A DNA stretch of 64,000 nucleotides, from contig NIVC01000997.1 in assembly GCA_002269645.1 (NCBI GenBank), forward strand, positions 62,001 to 126,000, in the 5' to 3' direction. Source of the stretch: Macrostomum lignano (lineage: Eukaryota). Position 1 is the first letter of the stretch. Each line of letters opens with the position of its first letter. Positions 41,501 through 64,000 of the stretch are shown here, piece by piece. The notes beneath the pieces were generated by a model. It saw nothing but the letters and a program-made list of their open reading frames with translations, was not told where the DNA came from and did not search any database. The position numbers and the translations under genes were made by a program.

Positions 41501-44500
41501 CTACCCTATGCTCTATCCTACACTCTACCCTATGCTTTATCTCATACTCTATCCTATGCTCTATTCCATACTGATCCTATGCTCTATCCCATTCTATACT
41601 ATGTTCTATCCCATACTATACCCTATGCTCTATCCCATACTATACCCTATGCTCTATCCCATACTCTATACAATGCTCTATCCCATACTATATCCTATGC
41701 TCTATCCTACACTCTACACTATGCTCTATTTCATACTCTATCAAATACTCCATCCGATACTTTTTCTCACACTCTGCACCATACTGGATCCCACACTCTG
41801 CACCATACTGGATCCCACACTCTGCACCATACTGGATCCCACACTCTGCACCATACTGGATCCCACACTCTGCACCATACTCAATCCCACACTCTGCACC
41901 ATACTGGATCCCACACTCTGCACCATACTGGATCCCACACTCTGCACCATACTGGATCCCACACTCTGCACCATACTCAATCCCACACTCTGCACCATAC
42001 TGGATCCCACACTCTGCACCATACTGGATCCCACACTCTGCACCATACTGGATCCCACACTCTGCACCATACTCAATCCCATACTCAGCACCATACTGGA
42101 TCCCACACTCTGCACCATACTGAATCCCACACTCCATTCCATACTCTATCTCATTTTTGTACCTTAACCCAGTGGACATAAATTTTATTTAATCCCCAAG
42201 TGCTTAAACTCCACAAAAGCTCCATGACGATAAAATCGAGAATACTCACCAGAAATGCCTTCAACCTGCAGATAGATAAACTGAGACAGTCTGTCTTTCA
42301 GCAGCGATTGAAGCCAAAGAATTTCTTCGTCTCTGGAACAAAAAAAAGATAACTCGATTTGTAGTAGCCTACTAACAGTAGCTCTATTAACGTATTTTAA
42401 TTAGAACTCAAGCTTGCAAGCAACCAACCTTCCGTGAGTAACCAAGGCGTCGGCGAACACGCATCCGCTAATGATGCTGGATTTGATGTCGCTCAGTTTC
42501 TCCTCTTTTCTAGCGACATCTTCCGTCTCCTTGGCAACGGATTCATTCAGCTGGCGGAGCAGGGCGTCTCGGCATTCGTCAACTATTCTAAGAATTAGTG
42601 GTTTTTAGTTGCCGATATGTAGCGTTATAATTTATATACTTCAGTACATGGTGAAATTAAAGCTCTAGCTCTGAGCACTCTGTGAACTGTAGCTCTGAGC
42701 ACTCTGTGAACTATAGCTCTGAGCACTTTATGAACTGCAGCTCTGAGCAGTCTATAAACTGCAGCTCTGAGCAATTTATGAACTGTAGCTCTGAGCACTC
42801 TATGAACTGCAGCTCTGAGCACTCTGTGAACTGTAGCTCTGAGCACTCTGTGAACTGCAGCTCTGAGCAGTCTGTGAATTGCAACTCACTTGTGCAGCAG
42901 GTCCGCCTGCTCGCCGATCTCGCTAGCCACCTGAATCCGGCACTGCTCCACGGACAGTCTGTACTCGTCCAGGAACTGTCCGTACTCGGTCAGGCGGGGC
43001 ACTTTCGCTCGGACATTGTCAATCATGCCCATTAGCGAGTCGCGAGTTTTGCTACCGAACTCGTCGATTGAGAACACCTGATGCTTGGCGTGCCTTTCCC
43101 CGCCCTGTTCGCGGCACTCCCGGCAGATCAGCTGGTCGCAGGTGGCGCAGTACCGGCTCACCTTCTCGTTCGGGTGATCCGGGCACTCGAATGTCTGGTG
43201 CTGCCGGATCAGCTCGTCGCTTTGGCCGGTGGCCAAGTCCTGGTGGTGCGTTTTGGCGATTGGTGATTTACTCGGTTGTTGGTGAATGAGTGTGTATTGT
43301 TGGTGAATGATTGTGTGTTGTTGGTGAATGATTGTGTGTTGTTGGTGAATGATTGTGTGTTGTTGGTGAATGATTTGTGTGTTGTTGGTGAATGATTGTG
43401 TTGTTGGTGAATGATTGTGTTGTTAGTGAATGATACCGACTGTTTCTGAGTGACAGTTCCCCCAGCTCACATCGAAACTCATCACATTGTGATGCCGTGT
43501 CATTTTAGTTTTGCCGTGAGCGGCGCTGCAGGCTGAGCATAGAAAGTCTGAGCAGTCGATGCAGAGCCCGGCGGCTTGCACCTGACGTTCCTCATAGCGA
43601 CAATAGTCGCACACCTGTTTGGCGCCCTCTTCTTGGCAGAGTTTCACGCTAGTCAGACTGGCTAGGAACCAGTTGGACCGGGCCTCGGCTGTAGACTGGT
43701 GCAGCGGGTGGTTGCAGGCGGGACAGCATCGGCGATCGCCGTCTTTGGCGCACGATTCAAAGCAGCCGGTGCACAACGTGTCCAGACAGGGCAGGAGCTA
43801 GGCGATTTTTTAGTTGTGTCCTTTTAAGCTACTTATAGTAGAGAATACGAACCTTGTCCCTTAGAATGTTGTTAATGGTTTTTTCTGCTCCATAGAGTGT
43901 TACATGTACATTTCTACTGACCAATCTCCCTTACCCCCATAGAGTGTACATTCCTACTGACCAATCTCCCTCACCCCCATAGAGTGTACATTCCTACTGA
44001 CCATTCTCCCTCACCCCCATAGAGTGTACATATCTACTGACCAATCTCCCTCACCCCCATAGTGTACATTCCTACTGACCATTCTCCCTTACCCCATAGA
44101 GTGTACAATCCTACTGACCATTCTCCCTTACCCCATAGATTGTACATTCCTACTGACCATTCTCCCTTACCCCATAGAGTGTACAATGATAGTACGATCA
44201 GAGATCTAGATCATAGATCTATTCCCAAAAGTTTAGCTATGCTACTCATGAGACTCACTGTAATAATTACACAGGAATATAACTCACCACAGGCTTATCG
44301 GCAATTTGTTTGCACTTTCGACAAAGCAATAAGTCGCTACCTAGCAGTTCCTGCAACGAATTCATACTAGCAGATCCACTGGGCTTTCCAGTTTGTCTCA
44401 GCTGTCTACTGTACACCTTTTGACCGTTATTACTATCTTTATGATTGTTAACGCTCGACTCCTGCAGAACAGATAGTGGCGTCAGATTCTCAACTAGAAA

Positions 44501-46023
44501 TATTTCTGTATTGTCTTCTAGTAGACCGCTGGTTGTTGTTGATGATGTAGAAACAGTGAGACGGCCCAGACTCTTAGATAATTGATTGGCTTGCTGTTGC
44601 TGCTGCTGAAAGCTAACGGCTGTAGCGGAAGACTCAGCAATCGAACTGTTGCAGGACGAGTTCGAGCGGCTCCGGTGAAGCAGCTGAGAATTGGGAATCG
44701 GATTGCTGACCCGGCTGTTGGCTCGGTCGGCGAGACCCAGCCGTTGCAGAGAGGCGGATCGCTTCACGGCTACAGCAGTGGAAGTTGATGAAGCTGTTGA
44801 AGAGGCTGACAACGAGTTGGATGCTTTTGCTGTTGCAGCCGCTGGTGCGTCCTCTATCGAATGTAAGATAAAGTCTCTCTAACTAGAAACACGATTCTCT
44901 AACTTGATAGCAAGACTAGATAGACCGTTTTTGTTTAAGTTTCCAACTGAAAAAGTTGCCCGCTACAAGAGGTTGAGGCATCTCTTAGATGGGAAGGACT
45001 TATAAAGAATTCATTGCTAAGAGTGGCACAATTAAGATGGACGCACGCGGGGGACAGACCGCGCTCTTCGGGGGTTAACGGGATTGAGTTTTTTTAGTCT
45101 AAGACTGCAGAGCACGTTTAATTGTTCGTCAGGTGTGCATCTTATTATACAATGCTGTGCTGCACAGGGGCAGTATACTTGCTTGATGCTAAGGTCGTCA
45201 TTTCAGGCTTAGCAAATATATTTTAAACTGGGCTGAGTTACACATGCACTGTCACTGACAGGCAGCTCCTTGCAGAACAGCTTCCAGCAGCTGCCACAGG
45301 GACCTCTGTAGTCTGGGACCTCTGGGACCCTGTAGCTTCTCAGCAACTCCCCCATTGAGTCAATTGGCATCTCAGCAACTCCCCCATTGAGTCAATTGGC
45401 ATCTCAGCAACTCCCCCATTGAGTCAATTGGCATCTCAGCAACTCCCCCATTGAGTCAATTGGCATCTCAGAATCTCCCCATTGAGTCAATTGGCATCTC
45501 AGAATCTCCCCATTGAGTCAATTGGCATCTCAGCAACTCTCCCATTGAGTCAATTGGCATCTCAGAATCTCCCAATTGCATCTCAGAATCTCCCCATTGC
45601 ATCTCAGAATCTCCACCATTGCATCTCAGAATCTCCCCATTGCATCTCAGAATTCCCCATTGCATCTCAGAATTCCCCATTGCATCTCAGAATCTCCACC
45701 ATTGCATCTCAGAATCTCCCCATTGCATCTCAGAATCTCCCCATTGCATCTCAGAATCTCCCCATTGCATCTCAGAATCTCCACCATTGCATCTCAGAAT
45801 CTCCCCATTGCATCTCAGAATCTCCCCATTGCATCTCAGAATCTCCCCATTGCATCTCAGAATCTCCCCATTGCATCTCAGAATCTCCACCATTGCATCT
45901 CAAAATCTTCCAACAGCAGCAATCACAGGGACCTTCATCAACATCTGCAGGGCAGTCCAGGAAACTTGCATGCAGGCAAATTGCAGCCTATATATTCGTT
46001 GCACACTTACCGTTGGACCACAT
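38518..46023 (-). CDS. TRIM-NHL protein (RING, two B-boxes, coiled coil, NHL repeats; TRIM2/3/71-like), ~882 aa
   Basis: Exons 46023-46011, 44853-44288, 43797-43471, 43239-42890, 42587-42429, 42332-42250, 41303-40919, 40279-39787, 38790-38518 join in frame (2649 nt). RING CRKC..PCLDTLCTGC..CPAC; B-box1 CDYC..CIDC..LCSAC..H..H; B-box2 CPDH..YCATCDQLICREC..H..H; NHL motifs WPTGLAI, PYDLAI, HPRGIA, PYYVAV, PYGVA, HPMAIAV. Confidence 0.88.
38870..39590. repeat. Degenerate ~20-22-bp minisatellite ttcgttgattttaacaaatca
   Basis: Fills the last TRIM intron. Confidence 0.9.
40340..40537 (+). mobile_element. 5'-truncated copy of SINE family 2
   Basis: ggccaacccc..ggcgcag..gtgtacatg..agggccgct..tacaccctgtgtgag..gcggaatggg..gcgtcagggtgc, homologous to 51510-51872. 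Confidence 0.7.
40545..40905. repeat. Minisatellite with core acccgattcaccaac
   Basis: Variable-length tandem units in a TRIM intron. Confidence 0.9.
41478..42165. repeat. Compound minisatellite (~20-bp ctatcccatactctaccctatg then 24-bp ccatactggatcccacactctgca)
   Basis: Tandem units visible. Confidence 0.93.
42660..42885. repeat. 24-bp minisatellite ctctgagcactctgtgaactgtag
   Basis: About 9 units running up to the splice donor. Confidence 0.93.
43255..43435. repeat. ~21-bp minisatellite gttggtgaatgattgtgtgtt
   Basis: Fills the 43240-43470 intron. Confidence 0.92.
43905..44190. repeat. ~39-bp minisatellite cctactgaccattctcccttaccccatagagtgtacatt
   Basis: About 7 units in the intron that splits the RING domain. 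Confidence 0.92.
45335..45905. repeat. Compound minisatellite: 32-bp catctcagcaactcccccattgagtcaattgg changing to 21-bp catctcagaatctccccattg
   Basis: The unit switch is visible at ~45575. Confidence 0.95.
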
Positions 46024-46924
46024 GGCAGCGGTTCTAGGCAGGAGGTTATGACTTGGCACTGGCGACAGCATTAGCTAGGAGCTACAGGACAAGAGCAAGT
46101 TATCAATAGTGTAAGCTAGCTGCTTAAATTTCGATTCACCTTTCAACTTCACGAATAAAAGAGTCTCTGGGGGGAGAAGCAATGCTAACCAGCAATTTTG
46201 TTAGTTAACTTTTCAAGTTCAAGCGAAGCGAAATGCCGGTTTGAAAATTGCATTCATCCAGGAAGCGATTGTGCCGACAGCTATATTTAAACCCCACTGA
46301 AAGCCAAGCGAACTTCCGTTTGAGACTTAACTAAAACAAATTTAGAATGAGAAAATCTACCGCATGGAATCGGCTTAACTTTCTAGGAAGTTAAAAAAAA
46401 GCGAATCTAGATCGTATTTTTATGGACTTCAAAGGTGCAGTAAATGTTTCTTAATCGAAATAGGTCCAACTTCGCTACTGAAAGTAGGAGGAAAGCAACT
46501 TATATTTATAGAATTTCAAATATTATGAACTCACAAACGTTGGCAAGCGTACAACATTAGTAACGACAGATTTCTGCAAAGAGTTCTTATTAATTATTAA
46601 TCAAGCTTATCAAGAGCATTGTGACCAGAGAAAATAAGTTTTCCAATGCACATTTGTTTTAATAATACTCATAAAATAATAAACTAATAACGAATTTAAG
46701 GACAATAATAGGTGTATTTGAAATATTAATTCACAATTAAATTAACATTTAATAATGCAGATTATATTAGCAGACAAAACATTATAGAAGTTTAAAGATT
46801 TGAAATACAGAAAATCACATGCATTGATAAAATCATAATCCGAAACAAGCAGGATAATTATACACTGTATTTTACTCTAACTGCATTAACACGGCACCCT
46901 GTATCTAACATTTATTCTTTTTAT

Positions 46925-47345
46925 ATATCTAACACCCACACACCCCCATATCTAACACCCACACACCCCCATATCTAACACCCACACACTCCAATATCTA
47001 ACATCCACACACCTATATCTAACACCCACACACTCCCATATCTAACACCCACACACTCCCATATCTAACACCCACACACTCCCATATCTAACACCCACAC
47101 ACCCCCATATCTAACACCCACACACTCCCATATCTAACACCCACACACTCCCATATCTAACACCCACACACTCCAATATCTAACATCCACACACTTATAT
47201 CTAACAGCCAGAAACTCCTATGTCTAACACCCACACACTCCAATATCTAACACCCACACACTCCCATATCTAACACCCACACACTCCCATATCTAACACC
47301 CACACACTCCAATATTTAACACTCAGACACTCCAATATCTAAACA
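46925..47345. repeat. 23-bp minisatellite tctaacacccacacactcccata
   Basis: Tandem units between SNX13 and the TRIM gene. Confidence 0.94.
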
Positions 47346-47984
47346 CCCCTACTGTAGGATCTTATAAGTTATATCTTACCGCGACAAGAGAAAAACAACA
47401 ATGAAAAACATAAAAATACATGTAAAATCAAAATTAAAAATATTTCTACATAAATTGGAATCATGCAGTAATATTCATATGTAGATAATTTGAAATCGTA
47501 TGGTCCTGCAGATACTAAATTAAAAAATATAATGCACAAAGACAGACGCACAGACAGAAATACATGAACAATAAATTAATCATATGTTGTGACCAAGTAG
47601 TTTTAGACAACAATAATATAAATAGGGCACGCACTACTCTACTACTAAGTAGGCTGGCATTGAATATGAAAGGAAAAATCTGACTAGTAAAATAAAATTT
47701 TATACAAATAGGCATTCGATAATGGCAATTAACAGGTAGCTTGTTAATTATCACATGTAATTAACGATAGTTCAGTAATTATAATTAAAGGAGACTTCAA
47801 CCTTTTACAACTTGAACAATACGCAACAGTAGTAATCAATAAAATATCTAAACCTTTGTCATGAATAATCTATGACCCTTGCTATATTGTTTATAAGTAG
47901 TATCTTCACCGTTAGTAAACAATAAATAGCTCGTATGTTGTTTTAACCACAGAATACACCAGACTACGGCACATAAACCCGTTG

Positions 47985-48205
47985 CTATGCTGTTGCTATA
48001 GCACATTAACCGTTACTAGGCGGTTGCTATGACATATTAACCGTTGCTAGGCGGTTGCTATGACACATTAACCGCGTTGCTAGGCGGTTGCTATGACACA
48101 TTAACCGTTGGTCCGTTGCTAGGCGGTTGCTATGACACATTAACCGCGTTGCTAGGCGGTTGCTATGACATATTAACAATTGCTATAGGCGGTTGCTATG
48201 ACAAA
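47985..48205. repeat. ~33-bp minisatellite gctaggcggttgctatgacacattaaccgcgtt
   Basis: About 6 units beginning ~35 nt downstream of the SNX13 stop. Confidence 0.88.
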
Positions 48206-48239
48206 ATGATCAGTCCGAAATGTAATTAATACACTCATA

Positions 48240-60528
<12,289 letters not shown>

Positions 60529-60787
60529 GCCTGTGCATTGCTAAAATGCACTGATTAGCTTAGCAAAACAAATGCACTTCCTTCTTTGGTGCTTCAAGGT
60601 CTCTCGTATTTGTGATTTAGTAGAAAAGTCGCATGCAGTAGTATAATAATAGGGGTGTTTACGTGAACTGCAACAAATTTAAAAAATACTATATTAGAAC
60701 TAACATACGCAAACAACTCCGATACTCTGAAATTCCTAACTTTAACTGGAATCCTATAAGTTTATCTTGGACTTAATATGCTTTTTA

Positions 60788-61072
60788 AGGGAATCCCTAT
60801 TCAGGGGAATCTCTATTCAGGGGAATCCTTATTCAGTGGAATCCCTATTCAGGGGAATCCGTATTCCGGGGAATCCCTATTCAGGAGAATCCTTATTCTG
60901 GGGAATCCCTATTGCGGGGAATCCCTATTCAGGGGAATCCGTATTCCGGGGAATCCCTACTCAGGAGAATCCTTATTCTGGGGAATCCCTATTCCGGGGA
61001 ATCCCTATTCAGGGAATCCCTATTTAGGAGAATACTTATTTAGGGGAATCTCTATTCAGAGGAATCCCCTAT
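60788..61072. repeat. 16-bp minisatellite ggggaatccctattca
   Basis: About 17 units between DDX56 and SNX13. Confidence 0.93.
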
Positions 61073-61630
61073 TTGATAGAGTAATCCATACAGCTCGTAC
61101 TAATAAAAAGTTCTGAGAACCCATGTTTTTGGAAGTACCTAGTCCTAAAGTTCTCTATTAAAGAAGTTACAAACTCCTGAAAGAATCTTAACGTTAGAAC
61201 TGTTTTAACAGCTGAAAATGAAAAAAATTAAGATGACAAGAATATTTCCGCTCGTCAATCCAACATTTTTGACACATTACGCGTAAATGCTGGCAGCAAT
61301 TTTCCAATTAATTTCTTTATTTTATCAACCTACAGTTCTTAAGCGTAATTGAACAGAATATGCTAGTGCAAGGCAACGAACGCAATCGTTTGCAGAAATG
61401 CTCAACTAACAAGAATACGAAGCACTACCCCTAGCATAAAATAGTGCAGTTTAAACTCATTTAAAATGCTTTAACGCTACATTTCAAGGCGATAAATTGA
61501 AAGTCATATTTTCATTACATAAAAACAATTTAGACACGCTAATCCACCTACTCGTAAGTAGGCAAGCTGCGAATATTAAAGAGAAATTTGACCCAAGTAA
61601 AAAACTCTCCACCCTTCTAAATACGAGTAA

Positions 61631-63483
61631 TTAAACCTTCGACTTTGTCGGCTTTTTCTTTTGATGTCGCTTTGCCCCGCCGCCGCTGCCGCCGGCCCGC
61701 CGACCTAGCTGCAGAGCGGCCCTGGCTGAGTACAAAGGATCCGCCGCCTTACGCTGCCTTCTACGCTGATCAGCCGTCATTGGAATTGACGGCCCAGCGC
61801 CGCCGCTGCCTCCGAAGCGGCGTCCTTTGATCTCCTTATCAGTGGAGGAGGCGCCGCCACTTTTGGTTTCTTTACCAGCACCGCCGCCGCCGCTGCCGCC
61901 GCCAAATCTAGGATTCCTACGGCGCCTTTTATGACCGCCGCCGCCTCCAGTGACAATATCGCGCAACGCATCCGGCACAATGTACTCGGGCACATGACGC
62001 AGATGTGCCTGCACTCGGGCAGTGTGCAGCTCTTTATCGTGCCGTAGCAGGTGCAAATCTCTGGGATTGTCGGCAAAATGAGCCCGTAGTTTGGCCGAGT
62101 TGAGCAGCTCCTGGCGGATTTCGCGGACCCGCGATTCGCGCACGGCCGCGCTGGTCACGGCACGCATGGCGTCCCGGGCTCGGTAGCTGCGAGACAAGTT
62201 TTAAGAGACCCGATAGATCTGTGACCACGTGGATTAAAACTATGGCTAGATAGTTCTATGATCAGATGGTTCTATGACCGTATGGATTCTATGACTAGAT
62301 AGATCTATGATCATGTTGATTAAAACTATGACCAGATAGATCTATGACCATGCGGATTCTATGACCAAATAGATCTATGAGAATGCGGATTCTATGACCA
62401 AATAGATCTATGACCATGCGGATTCTATGACCAGATGGATCTATGATCATGTTGATTCAAAAATCAGATTGATCTATGACCATGCGGATTCTATGACCAG
62501 ATAGATCTATGAACATGCGGATTCTATGACCAGATAGATCTATGACCATGCGGATTCTATGACCAGATGAATCTATGATCATGTTGATTTAATGATCAGA
62601 TAGATCTATGACCATGCGGATACTATGACCAGATAGATCTATGATCATGTTGATTCAAAAATCAGATTGATCTATGACCATGCGGATTCTATGACCAAAT
62701 AGATCTATTATCATGTCGGTAGATTGTCAGTAGTGTCGTGTAGATTATCATGTCGGTAGATAAGACTTATAACTATGTGAATCCCATAACCGGGAAGATT
62801 CCTAGGTAGATTAAGTAGTGCCCAACCTCGAGATAAATAAACATAGTAGGAAAACCCACAAACTGCTACTGTGAGTACAGTCGAATTAATAAAATATAGA
62901 ATAAAACAAAACTCACCGAAATCCATCCAACTCTTCCATTCGAAATTGAAACGGACGCAATTCCTGACCAACTAGTGCTTCAATTTTAGCCAGCTTGTCC
63001 GAGTCCTGCTCCGAGGCAACAAAGGACAGGGCGGTGCCCTGCTGACCAGCCCGGGAAGTCCTACCAACCCGATGCACGTAGGCCTTAGCGGACGCTGGCA
63101 GCTCGAAGTTGATCACGTTGCTAACTAATTGAAAGTCAACACCGCGCGACACGCCAAACTCTCGGTCGCCTTGCTGACGAACCCGACGCTTTTTCTGCTT
63201 GGAAGATCCGTCTTCCTGCCCGCCGTTGTCTCCCTCGTCGCCAGCTTGCCCATCCGAGAAGCTGCGGTCCGACGCTATCAGAATGTCGTACAAACCTTTG
63301 TTAAACTGTTGCACAACGTGGCACCTGGTTGCTAGGGGCAGTTCCGAGTTAAGTAGAACAGAACGAATAGCAAACTGTTCGAGGAATAGTTTGACCCGGT
63401 AGCCGCGATCCACGGTGTTGACAAATATTAGAGACTTGCCGCGGATCAGGCGCAGCTTGATTAGAGAGTAGAGCAGCACAAAT
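61631..63483 (-). CDS. DDX56: DEAD-box RNA helicase DDX56/Dbp9, last two exons (5' part beyond the window)
   Basis: Exon 63483-62917 (FVLLYSLIKLRLIRGKSLIFVN..SRGVDF..YVHRVGRTSRAG..ELDGFR) and exon 62186-61631 (YRARDAMRAVT..DNPRDLHLLRHD..HVPEYIVP, basic tail, TAA). The phase-2 junction is in frame. Confidence 0.92.
62215..62712. repeat. Compound minisatellite ctatgaccagatagat / ctatgaccatgcggatt
   Basis: Alternating 16/17-bp subunits in the last DDX56 intron. Confidence 0.92.
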
Positions 63484-63524
63484 CTGCAAACAGTTTCAAG
63501 TTTAACTGGCCGAGGGGTTGTCGC

Positions 63525-63630
63525 GCGATTCAGAGCCATGATGGCCAACCCCCAAGGCACACAGAGAGTGTACATGCCTGATGATTAGAAAGTCAATGGG
63601 CCGCTGTACACCCTGTGTGAGCGTGTGAGA
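63525..63630 (+). mobile_element. Internal fragment of SINE family 2
   Basis: ggccaacccccaaggcac..gtgtacatgcc..gggccgctgtacaccctgtgtgag. Confidence 0.7.
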
Positions 63631-64000
63631 TTGCTGAGATGTCAAGGCTTACTGGGGGAATTGCTGAGATGTCAAGGCTTACTGGGGGAATTGCTGAGAT
63701 GTCAAGGCTTACTGGGGGAATTGCTGAGATGTTAAGGCTGATGGGGGGGGGGGAATTGCTGAGATGTCAAGGCTTACTGGGGGAATTGCTGAGATGTCAA
63801 GGCTTACTGGGGGAATTGCTGAGATGTCAAGGCTTACTGGGGGAATTGCTGAGATGTCAAGGCTTACTGGGGGAATTGCTGAGATGTCAAGGCTGATGGG
63901 GGGGAATTGCTGAGATGTCAAGGCTTACTGGGGGAATTGCTGAGATGTTAAGGCTGATGGGGGAATTGCTGAGATGTCAAGGCTTACTGGGGGAATTGCT
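63628..64000. repeat. 30-bp minisatellite attgctgagatgtcaaggcttactggggga
   Basis: Tandem units running to the window end. Confidence 0.96.

Noticed and set aside
63568-63611. Hammerhead-like CTGATGA..GAAA inside a closing stem
   Set aside because: No stem II, no UH cleavage triplet, and the motif is absent from the other two SINE copies.

Overview
Eukaryotic (animal) genomic DNA with GC-rich exons and AT-rich, repeat-filled introns. The style resembles a free-living flatworm such as Macrostomum, which is an inference only. Five spliced genes were reconstructed by eye from GT-AG boundaries and frame continuity. On + are a 5'-truncated MEGF6 orthologue (201-~15650, with an apparent 1-nt frameshift at ~9743) and a two-exon septate-junction-type claudin (19328-33718). 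On - are a TRIM-NHL protein (46023-38518), SNX13 (60528-48240) and the last two exons of DDX56 (63483-61631). Almost every long intron of the minus-strand genes is filled by its own minisatellite. The 21-38 kb region holds four ~3-kb non-autonomous Helitron-like elements with CT-rich cargo, two of them joined head-to-tail, plus a related second family and nested MITEs. Two tRNA-derived SINE families are present. Most long ORFs in the supplied track are artefacts of tandem repeats or antisense frames. I saw no CRISPR array, rRNA gene or intact tRNA gene.
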